A program made the position numbers and the translations under genes. 64,000 bases of DNA from Patescibacteria group bacterium (GTDB lineage Bacteria > Patescibacteriota > Patescibacteriia > SG8-24 > DYFX01), in NCBI GenBank assembly GCA_038062835.1, contig JBBTWH010000001.1, positions 42,982 to 106,981 of the forward strand, read 5' to 3'. Below the pieces are notes generated by a model, which did no database searches, was not told the DNA's origin, and saw only the letters and a program-made list of their open reading frames with translations. Positions 36,634 through 45,834 of this stretch are shown piece by piece (position 1 is the stretch's first letter; every line of letters starts with the position of its first letter).

Positions 36634-38051
36634 GGGCGAGGAGGCTGAGGCGAGGACGCGGGCGGGTGCGTGATGCAGAGATACGTGATGCCGCGGCAGT
36701 TACGGTCCGGTACGGTCGCAGGAGTGCCCCCGGCGCAGTCGCGCTGGAGGTTGGCGTCGTCGTCGACGCCGTCGTAGCAGCGGATCTCTACGGGAATGCC
36801 GCGCGCCCTCAGCAGGGTGAAAGCGAGGTCGCCCTCGGTGTCGCACTGCGCGACGTTCGCGTCCGGGTCGGTGTTCTCGAAATAAGCCCTCGACGGATCG
36901 GTGTCGGCGTTGCCGTCCAGGCAGTATTTCGCGCGCACGGAGTCGACTGAATTCGCGCCCGCGGCGCCGGCGAACGTCCACGTCGAAGGATGGACCGCGA
37001 CGTTGCGCGAGACGGCCTTCACCTCCGGCGGCGTCGCCTGGATCTCGCAGCCGAACGGCGGATCAGGCAACTGCGAGCTGAACGACCAGAGAACCGGGTT
37101 TCCCGAGCCGTCCACGACGGCATCGCCGCCAGTCATGGCGTATGAGATCGAATACGTCGGGACCAGCGCCTGACGCGTCGTGACGGTATGCAAAAGTTCG
37201 CGATGCGTCCCGTTTGACATCTGGAAGACGCAGCGGATGATCGCGCCTGCCGGCGCGGAGAATCCGTTGAAGACGACGGGAATGTCGGTCAGCGCCGACG
37301 TGCTGGGCGCCGGCGAGTAGACGCCTTCGATAGGATCGATGTCGTCGGTCCAGCCGGTGTCGACGAACGTGCTTCGAGCGCCCCAAGCCCCGGGCGCCGC
37401 GCAGGAGGAGAACGGCGTACCGCAGCCGAACTTGATCCAGCCTGAACCGCTGGCGTCGCCGTTGCCGTTCCAGGCGTAGCCGTTGAACTCGCCGGCGGGC
37501 TGAGTGGCGTCCTCGTCGTACTCGACGGCGTAGTCGGAGCTCGGGCAGGAATGCGGCGATGCGGTGTTCGTGCCGACATCGGTGCAGTTGAGGGAAATCC
37601 AGCCGCGGTAGTTCGCGCCGTCCGTCATGCTGATGACGTAAGCCCAGCCGTGGATCTCCTGGTCGGTGGTGTCGTAATACGCGCACGGGACGAATCCGGG
37701 GCAATAATGGTCCGCCGCGCTGACCGGACTCGAAGGCGTACCGCCAGGAGGCGCCCCGGCCGCGCCGTCGCATGTCGCGCCGAAACAGATCCAGCCCGCA
37801 GTGGTCGACCAGGCCCAGCCCGAAAGGTTGTTGTCGTCATCGAAATCAAGGCCGTAATCCCCTCCTGCGCCGACGCATCCGGTGCCGGGATTGTTGCAGT
37901 CCATCGAGATCCAGCCGAGCGAACCGGACCACGCCCAGCCGCTGACGTTATGGACGGCGGCCTCCGCGGAGCGCGGGATGAGCAGTAATACGAAGACGCC
38001 CACGCCGAAAACGAGGGAGGTCAGTCTGGCGGAAAGCCCGGACGTTCCCAT
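36630..38051 (-). CDS. secreted 'GWAWS...GWIxxxC' repeat protein
   Basis: Signal peptide plus TM. Four repeats follow: NVSGWAWSGSLGWISMDC, NLSGWAWSTTAGWICFGATC, GWAYVISMTDGANYRGWISLNC and NGYAWNGNG..GWIKFGC. The C-terminus has a CYDGVDDDANLQRDC motif like the giant protein. There is a 4-nt overlap with the downstream giant gene. Confidence 0.6.
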   Translation of the reverse strand: MGTSGLSARLTSLVFGVGVFVLLLIPRSAEAAVHNVSGWAWSGSLGWISMDCNNPGTGCVGAGGDYGLDFDDDNNLSGWAWSTTAGWICFGATCDGAAGAPPGGTPSSPVSAADHYCPGFVPCAYYDTTDQEIHGWAYVISMTDGANYRGWISLNCTDVGTNTASPHSCPSSDYAVEYDEDATQPAGEFNGYAWNGNGDASGSGWIKFGCGTPFSSCAAPGAWGARSTFVDTGWTDDIDPIEGVYSPAPSTSALTDIPVVFNGFSAPAGAIIRCVFQMSNGTHRELLHTVTTRQALVPTYSISYAMTGGDAVVDGSGNPVLWSFSSQLPDPPFGCEIQATPPEVKAVSRNVAVHPSTWTFAGAAGANSVDSVRAKYCLDGNADTDPSRAYFENTDPDANVAQCDTEGDLAFTLLRARGIPVEIRCYDGVDDDANLQRDCAGGTPATVPDRNCRGITYLCITHPPASSPQPPRP

Positions 38052-38071
38052 ACGGCCTTATTCTACAGGAA

Positions 38072-38100
38072 TTGACGCTCCCTCGCACGGCCCTCACAAT
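38072..38100 (+). promoter_or_regulatory. sigma70-like promoter for pepF (TTGACG-17-CACAAT)
   Basis: aaTTGACGctccctcgcacggccctCACAATgggg, about 35 nt upstream of ATG 38135. Confidence 0.4.
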
Positions 38101-38134
38101 GGGGACATCTGCCTTAATCGAGTAGCGCCGTATC

Positions 38135-39949
38135 ATGCCTTCCAAGACCGAAAAAACCGGGGCCGAAAACGTCCGCTGGGACCTCTCGTTCCTCTATAAA
38201 GGGATCGATGACCCGAGGCTCACGACCGACCTCGACGAGGTCGTGAAGCACTGCCGTTCGTTCAACAAGCGCTTCCGCGGCAAGCTCGGGACCGACCTGG
38301 GCGACGCTCTGCGCGCCTACGCCGACATCTCGGCCCAGAGCATGAAGATCGGCGTCTACCTCTTCCTCTCGAAGAGCGTCGACCTCTCGAACGCGAAGTT
38401 GAACGCCAAGCGCGCCGAGGTCGACCGCGTCATGAACGACGCCTCGGGGGAGCACCTGACGTTCTTCACGCTCGAGCTCGTCGACATTCCGGAGGCCGAC
38501 ATCGCGCGCCAGGCCAAGTCCGACGCCTTCGTCGCGAAGCACCGCCCCTGGATCGATCACGCGCGCCTCTTCAAGCCGCATCTGCTCAGCGAGCAGGTCG
38601 AGGGCGCGCTCACCAAGCGCGAGAGCTTCGGTCCCGGCGCCTGGAGCGACTTCTTCGACGAGGTCGAGGCCGACCTGAGCTTCAAGCTCGGGAACGACAA
38701 GATGACGCTGACGGAGATCCTGCACGTCGTGAACGACGACGCGAGCGCCGTGCGTCGCGCCAGGACCCTCAAGGTCCTGAACGACGGCCTGGGCGGACCC
38801 TTCGCCAAGTACGCCGCGCAGACGCTCTGGCAGACGGCCGGCGGCAACGACCTGGAAAACAAGGAGCGGGGCTACAAGCACCCGATGCAGGGCCGCAACA
38901 TGGGTAACCGCATCCCGGACAAGGTCGTCGAGGCCTTGCACGAAGCGGTCACCGATGTCGCCGGACCCTTGGCCCGCCGCTGGTACCGCTTGAAAGCCAA
39001 GCTTTTGGGCCTCAAACGCCTCCGGTGGAGCGATCGCAATGCGCATCTGCCTTTCGAGGACAAGAGCCTCGTGCCGTTCGACGTCGCCCAGCGCGAGATC
39101 GTCCTTCCGGCCTACCGGAGCTTCAGCCCGACGCTCGCCAAGCTCATCGAAGAGATGGTGAAGGAGCGGCGCATCGACGCGCCGGCCGGGCCGAACCGCG
39201 AGAGCGGCGCCTACTGCTACTCGATCGTGCTCCCCGACGGCAAACCGATCTCGTTCAACTTCCTGAACTACAAAGGATCGAAGCGCGACGTGATGACGAT
39301 CGCGCACGAGGAAGGCCACGCCGTCCATGGCCTCCTGGCCGGAGAGTCGCAGGGCGTCCTCCAGCAGCACGCGCCGATGGCCTACGCCGAGACGGCCAGC
39401 GTCTTCGGCGAGATGACGACCTTCGAGTTCCTCCGCGCCCGCATGCCGAAGGACGACCCGAAGGCCTCGCTGGCGCTGGTCGCCGGCAAGATCGACGATA
39501 TGCTGAACACCGTCGTGCGGCAGATAAGCTTCTCGAACTTCGAGCGCGCGCTCCATGGCGCGGGCAAGAAGCTGGCGGCCTCGGACCTCGACGCGCTCTG
39601 GATGGAGGCCACGCGCAAGATGTACGGCAAGGACGGCGATGTCTTCGACTACGCCGACATGTCGCACCTCTGGGCGTACATCTCGCACTTCCACCGGCCG
39701 TTCTACGTCTACAGCTACGCATTCGGCGAACTGCTGACGCAGAGCCTCTACGCCAAGCGGGAGGCCTACGGCAAGAAGTTCGAGCCGTTGTACCTCGACC
39801 TCCTGCGCGCCGGCTCCACCAAGGACGCCGTCGGCCTGCTCAAGCCCTTCGGGCTCGATCCGACCGACCCGACGTTCTTCGCGGATGGCGTCACGGGCAG
39901 CCTCGGCAAGCTCGTGGCCGAGGCGGAAAAGCTGGCGAAGAAAATCTAG
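38135..39949 (+). CDS. pepF: oligoendopeptidase F (M3B family)
   Basis: Has the HEEGHAVHG zinc-binding motif plus a downstream Glu. Confidence 0.9.
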   Translation: MPSKTEKTGAENVRWDLSFLYKGIDDPRLTTDLDEVVKHCRSFNKRFRGKLGTDLGDALRAYADISAQSMKIGVYLFLSKSVDLSNAKLNAKRAEVDRVMNDASGEHLTFFTLELVDIPEADIARQAKSDAFVAKHRPWIDHARLFKPHLLSEQVEGALTKRESFGPGAWSDFFDEVEADLSFKLGNDKMTLTEILHVVNDDASAVRRARTLKVLNDGLGGPFAKYAAQTLWQTAGGNDLENKERGYKHPMQGRNMGNRIPDKVVEALHEAVTDVAGPLARRWYRLKAKLLGLKRLRWSDRNAHLPFEDKSLVPFDVAQREIVLPAYRSFSPTLAKLIEEMVKERRIDAPAGPNRESGAYCYSIVLPDGKPISFNFLNYKGSKRDVMTIAHEEGHAVHGLLAGESQGVLQQHAPMAYAETASVFGEMTTFEFLRARMPKDDPKASLALVAGKIDDMLNTVVRQISFSNFERALHGAGKKLAASDLDALWMEATRKMYGKDGDVFDYADMSHLWAYISHFHRPFYVYSYAFGELLTQSLYAKREAYGKKFEPLYLDLLRAGSTKDAVGLLKPFGLDPTDPTFFADGVTGSLGKLVAEAEKLAKKI

Positions 39950-39954
39950 GACGA

Positions 39955-39990
39955 AAAATCCCGACGGCCTCCGTCGGGATTTTCATTTTG
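39955..39990 (+). terminator. intrinsic terminator after pepF (tcccgacgg-cctc-cgtcggga + TTTTCATTTT)
   Basis: Perfect 9-bp stem followed by a T-run. Confidence 0.55.
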
Positions 39991-40116
39991 CATATACCAC
40001 CCCGGCGAAGGATGGAGCCCACGCGCTTCGTCATCAGATACAAACTCACCTGATGAAAAAGTATCAGATGAAAATCCTTCTTGAAATCAAGGGAGGGGCA
40101 GGCGCGTGTTTGACGT

Positions 40117-40410
40117 TCAGACGTGGCCGAACATCCACTCGCGGGTGTCCGGGTCGCCGAATTTCTCGTCGTACTGCCTGGCCATCTCTTCGCTCGTGAG
40201 CTTGGCGGCGCCGGCGGCGTAGATTTCGACGGCCAGTTTCTGCCAGGCGACCGCATCGGCTTCGCCGAGCTTGGCCATGGCCGCGTCCAAGCGGCCGAAG
40301 AACGCCTCCATGTTTCCTTCCGCCAACGCCGCTTTCGCTTCTTCGAAGGCCAGATCCTGCTCGTTCCGTTCGGTCCGTTCGATCGGGGCTTCGGGCATGC
40401 GTTCAGACAT
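40117..40410 (-). CDS. hypothetical acidic protein (97 aa)
   Basis: ORF with conserved-looking helical composition. It ends in FGHV. Confidence 0.4.
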   Translation of the reverse strand: MSERMPEAPIERTERNEQDLAFEEAKAALAEGNMEAFFGRLDAAMAKLGEADAVAWQKLAVEIYAAGAAKLTSEEMARQYDEKFGDPDTREWMFGHV

Positions 40411-40421
40411 GGGGGGCGGTC

Positions 40422-40841
40422 CTATTTCTTAAGATGCCGGTCGAGCGCCTTGTTGACCTGCGCGTCGGCTTCCGTGTTGTACTCGCGACGGACGTGCTTG
40501 AAGGTGACTTTCTTGAAGGCGATGCGCTCGTTGTGGATCAGCATGTAGATCGAGGCGAGCCCGGCGTCCTTCACCTTGTACTCCCCCGTCAGCTGTTTCA
40601 CCGCGAGTTCGGAGTCCATGCGCATCTCGAGCGTCTCCGCGCCGAGTTCGCGCGCCTTGCGGATGGCGGCGAGGATGCCCTTGTACTCGGCTTGGTTGTT
40701 GGTGGTGATGCCGACGTATTCGCCGTGCCCCGCGATCGATTCGCCGTCGGGCGTCTTGATGACGTAGCCGTACGCCGAAGGACCGGGGTTCCCGCGGGAA
40801 CCGCCGTCGCTATACGAAATCAGGTGCTTGTGGACGGCCAT
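40422..40841 (-). CDS. rnhA: ribonuclease HI
   Basis: Has SDGGSRGNPGPSAYG, TNNQAEY and a D/E catalytic tetrad with C-terminal D..N..AD. TATACT lies 15 nt upstream. Confidence 0.8.
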   Translation of the reverse strand: MAVHKHLISYSDGGSRGNPGPSAYGYVIKTPDGESIAGHGEYVGITTNNQAEYKGILAAIRKARELGAETLEMRMDSELAVKQLTGEYKVKDAGLASIYMLIHNERIAFKKVTFKHVRREYNTEADAQVNKALDRHLKK

Positions 40842-40915
40842 AAATACAGGGGGAAGTATAACATAAGGCCTACTCCTCCGTGGCCTTACCCCCCCCAGCC
40901 TACCCTTTCAAATCT

Positions 40916-40943
40916 CCAATAACGCACGGCCGTGCGTTATTGG
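40916..40943. promoter_or_regulatory. 28-bp perfect loop-less palindrome CCAATAACGCACGG|CCGTGCGTTATTGG, operator-like
   Basis: Perfect 14-bp inverted repeat between the recJ terminator and the rnhA promoter. Confidence 0.35.
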
Positions 40944-40977
40944 AGAAAAGAAAGCCCCTCTTTGGAAGAGAGGGGCT
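40942..40977 (-). terminator. intrinsic terminator after recJ
   Basis: agcccctct-cttccaa-agaggggct followed by TTCTTTTCTCC on the minus strand. Confidence 0.5.
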
Positions 40978-40992
40978 GGAGTGAGTGGGGAT

Positions 40993-42789
40993 TTAGGACT
41001 GGATCTCCGAAGTCCGAATATCGACGACCCTCCCTTGCGGCTCGACGCGGCCTTGCCATTCGTTGAGATCGAGCTCGACGACGGCGTCGATTGGACCGCC
41101 GATCGGGAGATCGACCAGCCTCGGACCGAACCCGAAGCCGATGAGCTTCAGGCGTCCGCCTTTGTCGTCGACGACGGTCAGCTGGAGGTGCTTACCCTCT
41201 GCGCCGACTTGCCGCGACGAGGCGACGCGTCCTCCGCGCAGGAGGAAGCGCGGACGAGGGTTGCCCTCGCCGTGCGGTTCGAGCGCCTTCAGTTCCCTGA
41301 TGAGCCCGACGGAGACCTCGTGCACCGCCGCCTCTTCCTCGATCTCGATCGAGGGCGTGAGGTCGGCGGAACCGAGCGTGGCGTCGGCGTGAGCGACGAA
41401 GGCCCTCTTGAAGGCCTCGAAGTTCTCGTCGCCGACGATGGTCATCCCGCAGGCGGCCGGGTGGCCGCCGAACTTCTGGATATGTTCGGAACACGCGCGC
41501 AGGGCACCCGTGACGTCGAAGCCTGGGATGCTACGGCCGGAACCGACGTATCTCGCAGCGGAAGGAACTCCCCCTGCCCCCTCTTGCTCCAAGAGGGGGG
41601 AAAGTCGAGTCTGACGTCCTAGGGCGATGACGGGGCGGTAGTGCTCGTCGACGAGCTTGGAGGCGACCAGGCCGCACAGCGCGGCCGGCCAGCCCTGTCC
41701 CGCCACGACGATAGCGCTCTGCGTCGCTTGCGCGGCGCCCATCACGAAGGCCTCTTCCATGATGTTTGCGGTCGCTTTCTGGCGGTCCGTGTTGTGGCCG
41801 TGCAGGACTTCGGCGCGGACTTCCGCGTCCTCCGACGTTTCCGCCGTCAGCAGCCCGAAGGCGGCATCGGCGTGCTCCATGCGTCCGGCCGCGTTGATGC
41901 GGGGCGCGATGCGGAAGCCGATGGACATGGCATCGAGAACCTCGTCGTCGCGGCGCACGCCGTCGATGAGGGTCTTGAGGCCGAGGCGTTTCGTCTTGTT
42001 GAGGACCACGAGCCCGTAGTGCACGAGCGCGCGGTTCTCGCCGACGAGCTTGCCCATGTCGGCGACGGTGGAGATGGAGACCATATCGAGCAGCCACTTC
42101 TCGTGGCCCTCGGGGAGATGCGCTTCTTTCCAGAGCGCCTGGCAGAGCTTGAAGGCCACGCCGCCGCCCGTGAGGTGGCGGAACGGATACGTCTCGCCTT
42201 CGCGCAGCGGATGCAGGATGGCGTAGGCGGGCGGAAGCTCGGGCGGCAGGGTGTGGTGATCGGTGACGATGACGTCGATGCCGAGCGAGACCGCCAGCGT
42301 GATTTCCTTGCCGCTCGAGATGCCGCAGTCGCAGGTGATGATGACCTTGGTTCCCTCCGCGGCCATCTTCTCGATCGACGGGGAGTTCATGCCGTAGCCG
42401 TCCTTCTCGCGATGCGGCAGGTACACCGACACGTCGGCGCCGATGGCCTTGAGCGTCGAGTGGAGCACGACCGAACCGGAGACGCCGTCGGCGTCATAGT
42501 CGCCGTGGACGACGATCTTCTCGCCGGTCTTCGCTGCCTTCATCAGACGGTCGACGGCCTTGCGCATATCAAGGAACAGGAACGGATCGTGGACATCACG
42601 ATCCCAGGAAGGATGCAAGAACCCGTCGGCCTCGGCGGCCGTGCGGATGCCTCTTCTCCACAGGAGCGCGGCGATGAGCCGCGAATGTCCCGCCAGCGCC
42701 GTGAAGGCTTCCTGCGGGACCGCTTCGGCCATCTTCCAGCGTTTTTGACCCATGGGCCTATTAGTACCCGTAGAAGGCCGTGGAGACAA
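40993..42789 (-). CDS. recJ: single-stranded-DNA-specific exonuclease RecJ
   Basis: Has the DHH motifs (HGDYDADGVSG, DHH) and the DHHA1 domain. Confidence 0.9.
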   Translation of the reverse strand: MSPRPSTGTNRPMGQKRWKMAEAVPQEAFTALAGHSRLIAALLWRRGIRTAAEADGFLHPSWDRDVHDPFLFLDMRKAVDRLMKAAKTGEKIVVHGDYDADGVSGSVVLHSTLKAIGADVSVYLPHREKDGYGMNSPSIEKMAAEGTKVIITCDCGISSGKEITLAVSLGIDVIVTDHHTLPPELPPAYAILHPLREGETYPFRHLTGGGVAFKLCQALWKEAHLPEGHEKWLLDMVSISTVADMGKLVGENRALVHYGLVVLNKTKRLGLKTLIDGVRRDDEVLDAMSIGFRIAPRINAAGRMEHADAAFGLLTAETSEDAEVRAEVLHGHNTDRQKATANIMEEAFVMGAAQATQSAIVVAGQGWPAALCGLVASKLVDEHYRPVIALGRQTRLSPLLEQEGAGGVPSAARYVGSGRSIPGFDVTGALRACSEHIQKFGGHPAACGMTIVGDENFEAFKRAFVAHADATLGSADLTPSIEIEEEAAVHEVSVGLIRELKALEPHGEGNPRPRFLLRGGRVASSRQVGAEGKHLQLTVVDDKGGRLKLIGFGFGPRLVDLPIGGPIDAVVELDLNEWQGRVEPQGRVVDIRTSEIQS

Positions 42790-42889
42790 GCATGCTGGTC
42801 AGGACGAGCAGGCAGAGCAACGCCCAGCCCTTCTTGACCCAGTCGCGCCGACGCCACTTTTTCTTCTTGATGATCTTGTCGTCATTCAT
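42761..42889 (-). CDS. possible small membrane protein (42 aa, MNDDKIIKKKKWRRRDWVKKGWALLCLLVLTSMLVSTAFYGY)
   Basis: ATG-initiated mini-ORF filling the gap between lepA and recJ. It has a basic N-terminus and a C-terminal TM segment, and is not in the track because it is under 60 aa. Confidence 0.3.
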   Translation of the reverse strand: MNDDKIIKKKKWRRRDWVKKGWALLCLLVLTSMLVSTAFYGY

Positions 42890-42893
42890 ATGA

Positions 42894-44744
42894 TCATTTC
42901 CCTTCGTCACGTCGTTTCAGGACCGCGATGAACGCCTCGGGCGGGATGTCGACGCCGCCGGCCGCGAGACCCATCATCTTCTTCTTGCCCTTCTTCTGCT
43001 TCTCGAGGAGCTTCTTCTTGCGCGTCACGTCGCCGCCGTAGAGGTAGCCGGTGACGTCCTTGCTGAACGGCTTGATGCGCTCGGAGGCCACGATCTTGCC
43101 GCCGATGGCGGCCTGGATCTTGATCTCGAACTGCGTCCGCTCGATCTCCTCCTTCAGGATCTCGCAGACGCGCCGACCGATGCGCGTGGCGTCGTCCTCG
43201 TAGACCATCATCGAGAGCGCCTCGACGGGGTCTTCCGCCACCAGGATGGACATCTTCACGACCTCGGCCGGGCGATATTCGGTGAACTCGTAGTTCATCG
43301 AGGCGTAACCGGAAGACACGCTCTTCAATTTATCATAAAAGTCGACCAGGATGGCCGAGAGCGGCATCTCGAAATGCATGATGACGCGCGCGCCGACCAC
43401 GTCGTCGACGGCGGCGGCCGACTCGACGCCCGTCAGGTATTCCATCGTCTTGTAGATGCCGCGCTTGTCGACGACCATGCCCATCACGCCGCCGATGTAC
43501 TGCTTAGGCGTGACGATGTCGAGCTTGACCCACGGCTCGTGGATGCGGTCGACCTTGCTCATGTCGGGAAGTTCCGACGGCGACTTGATCATGATCGAGC
43601 CGCCGTGCTTGAGGTCGACCTGGTAGGCGACGCTCGGGACCGTGACGATGAGATCGAGATTATATTCGCGCGTCAGGCGCTCCTGCAGGATTTCGAGATG
43701 TAGCAATCCGAGCAATCCACAGCGGAAGCCGAAGCCGAGCGCCGAGGATTGTTCGGGCTCGAAGGCGAGCGAGGCGTCGGAGAGTTTCAGCTTCAAAAGC
43801 CCTTCGCGCAGGCGGTTGAATTCGTCGCCCTCCTTCGGGAAGACGCCAGCGAAGACCATCGGCTTGATCTCCTTATAACCTGGCAGAGGCTGGAGGCCGC
43901 GCGCTTTCCAATCCGAGACGGTGATGGTGTCGCCAACGCGGCAGGCGGAGATGTCCTTGTGTCCCGTCACGATGTAACCGATCTCGCCGGCGGAGAGCGC
44001 GGCGGACTGCATCAGCTTGGGACGGAACCAGCCGACTTCCAAGACTTCGTTCTGCGCGAGCGTGGCGGTGAGCTGGGCCTGGACGCCGCGCTTCACGGAG
44101 CCTTCGACGATGCGCACGAAGGCGACGACGCCTTTGTATTCGTCGTAGATGGAATCGAAGATGAGCGCGCGGAGCGGCTTCTCGTTCTCGATCTTGGGAG
44201 GAGGCACGCGCGCGATGACGGCGTCGACGATTTCCTGGATGCCCTGTCCCGTCTTGCCGGAGGCCAGGATGATCTCCTCGCGCCTGCAACCGAGGAGCTG
44301 CATGAATTCCGCGGCGGTCTTCTCGACGTCGGCCGCGGGCATGTCGATCTTGTTGATGACCGGGATGATCTCGAGACCCTGCTCGATGGCGAGGTAGAGG
44401 TTGCCGATGGTCTGCGCCTGGACGCCCTGCGTGGCGTCGACGAGCAGGATGGCGCCTTCGACGGCGGCCAGCGAACGCGAAACCTCGTAGGTGAAGTCCA
44501 CGTGTCCCGGCGTGTCGATGAGGTTCAGGATGTAGTCCTTGTCCCCTGCCTTGTAGTCCATGCGGACCGGCTGGAGCTTGATGGTGATGCCGCGCTCGCG
44601 CTCGAGGTCCATCGTGTCGAGCAGCTGGGCCTTCATCTCGCGCTTTTCGACGGTGCCGGTGAATTCCAAGAAGCGGTCGGCCAGGGTGGATTTCCCGTGG
44701 TCGATGTGCGCGATGATGCAGAAATTGCGGATCTCGGCGGGCAT
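42894..44744 (-). CDS. lepA: elongation factor 4 (LepA)
   Basis: Has IRNFCIIAHIDHGKSTLADR G1, the G2-G5 motifs and the LepA C-terminal domain. Confidence 0.95.
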   Translation of the reverse strand: MPAEIRNFCIIAHIDHGKSTLADRFLEFTGTVEKREMKAQLLDTMDLERERGITIKLQPVRMDYKAGDKDYILNLIDTPGHVDFTYEVSRSLAAVEGAILLVDATQGVQAQTIGNLYLAIEQGLEIIPVINKIDMPAADVEKTAAEFMQLLGCRREEIILASGKTGQGIQEIVDAVIARVPPPKIENEKPLRALIFDSIYDEYKGVVAFVRIVEGSVKRGVQAQLTATLAQNEVLEVGWFRPKLMQSAALSAGEIGYIVTGHKDISACRVGDTITVSDWKARGLQPLPGYKEIKPMVFAGVFPKEGDEFNRLREGLLKLKLSDASLAFEPEQSSALGFGFRCGLLGLLHLEILQERLTREYNLDLIVTVPSVAYQVDLKHGGSIMIKSPSELPDMSKVDRIHEPWVKLDIVTPKQYIGGVMGMVVDKRGIYKTMEYLTGVESAAAVDDVVGARVIMHFEMPLSAILVDFYDKLKSVSSGYASMNYEFTEYRPAEVVKMSILVAEDPVEALSMMVYEDDATRIGRRVCEILKEEIERTQFEIKIQAAIGGKIVASERIKPFSKDVTGYLYGGDVTRKKKLLEKQKKGKKKMMGLAAGGVDIPPEAFIAVLKRRDEGK

Positions 44745-44797
44745 GTCGCGTCTACGCTATCAAAAAACCCCGACCGTTTCAAGGGTCGGGGGGTCGG

Positions 44798-45397
44798 TCA
44801 CATATGAGCGACCAGGAAACGACGAAGGGCGTACGGTTTGATCGGGACCAGATCGAAGCACCAGGAGTGCGCACCATGGAAGGCCCAGGGCGCGAACCAC
44901 ACGTGGCTCTGGTCGCGCCACGGCGATCCGAGCGCGACGATCGGGTAGAAGTGGATGAGATCCCGATACCGGTCTGAGAACGCCTCCATCTCGTGGAGAG
45001 TCACCGGGCGGTAGCGATAACGCGCCAACCGCTCGGTCGCGTCCGTCAGCGAGACCGGCCGCTTGAAGTCGACGAACTTGAGGCCGAGCGTGGCCGAGAC
45101 GAGGCCGGGCTGGCAAGGGAAGTACTTCGCCTTCAGGAAGCAGGCGACATGTTCGACGCGTCGTTCCTTGGTGATGCGCGCGAACAGGTCCTCGATCGGC
45201 ACGGCGTAGTCGACCGTCACGGTCCAATCGCGATCCTCCGGCACGGGCCGGTCTTCGTCCTCGTCTTCGATGGCGCACTGGATGCGCTCCATCGTCGCAT
45301 CGAACGGGAGCGTCCCTTCTTCGAGCCGTCGTTCCAGGTCCTTCAGCCTCTTGTGCAACTTCCGATACTGTTCGTCGGTGACACCTTTACGCGTCAT
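44798..45397 (-). CDS. hypothetical protein (about 199 aa)
   Basis: ATG 45397 has AAGGAGG 6 nt upstream and a TTGACG-17-CATACT promoter (about 45427-45455). The track ORF extends to 45685. Confidence 0.5.
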   Translation of the reverse strand: MTRKGVTDEQYRKLHKRLKDLERRLEEGTLPFDATMERIQCAIEDEDEDRPVPEDRDWTVTVDYAVPIEDLFARITKERRVEHVACFLKAKYFPCQPGLVSATLGLKFVDFKRPVSLTDATERLARYRYRPVTLHEMEAFSDRYRDLIHFYPIVALGSPWRDQSHVWFAPWAFHGAHSWCFDLVPIKPYALRRFLVAHM

Positions 45398-45461
45398 GAC
45401 AAACCTCCTTGGTGCGGGAAATTCCGCGCGCGAAGTATGCAGTCGTATGGATGGCGCGTCA

Positions 45462-45499
45462 AGCGGAAAAGAAAGCCGCCCCTGCGAGGAGGGGCGGAC
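45462..45499 (-). terminator. intrinsic terminator (ccgcccct-cctcgc-aggggcgg + CTTTCTTTTCC)
   Basis: Strong hairpin plus U-run on the minus strand, ending the structured RNA region downstream of murJ. Confidence 0.55.
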
Positions 45500-45513
45500 T
45501 AAGATAACAAAGC

Positions 45514-45834
45514 GGTTGGTTTCCTTTAGCCCCAGGATGCTGACGGCACGAGGCCATTTGTGTACCCGACTGCTGGAGCCGCTGCGGTGGTCACGTCCTC
45601 GCGGACTTCTTCCACCGGTCGCCTGTCGCTGCGACCTTGGCGGTCCCTTAACCCCCGACGGCGCAATGCGCGACCGCTTCTGCACGCCGCCGGTTTTGGG
45701 CTAGCTCCCCGTCCTCCGACGGGTGTCGGAGGAGCTCCGCCCGGCTTACGCCGGTTCTGCTTAGAGGCGACTTATCATCCCGAAGGAAATGCGCCCCGAA
45801 AGGGAATCCCGATTTGGTTTCTTGGAACCCAACC
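45514..45834 (-). ncRNA. candidate structured ncRNA (about 320 nt) closed by an 11-bp terminal helix; possible divergent RNase P RNA
   Basis: The ends GGUUGGGUUCC and GGAAACCAACC pair 10 of 11. Internally there is a P4-like pairing, GAUAAGUCGCCUC with CGACAGGCGACCGG, resembling GGAAAGUCCGGGC with CGACAGAACCCGGC of bacterial RNase P. A GGGGUUAAGGGACC stretch resembles AGGGUGAAAGGGUG. The region is intergenic and followed by a terminator. Confidence 0.4.

Noticed and set aside
40020-40070. 15-nt identity gaaaaagtatcagat shared with the 1608-1623 hairpin arm
   Set aside because: Only one arm is shared and no hairpin forms at the second site. It is probably coincidental.
41577-41599. Perfect 10-bp hairpin (cccctcttg-ctc-caagagggg) inside the recJ coding sequence
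   Set aside because: It keeps the recJ frame intact (encodes PLLEQEGA). It is possibly a small in-frame insertion or coincidence, with no further evidence of function.
45514-45834. Alternative identities for the structured RNA (tmRNA, SRP RNA, 6S RNA, plus-strand orientation)
   Set aside because: There is no tRNA-like T-arm or ACCA end for tmRNA and no GGAAG/AGCAGC domain-IV motif for SRP. The terminator and promoter context fit only the minus orientation. RNase P-like remains only a hypothesis.
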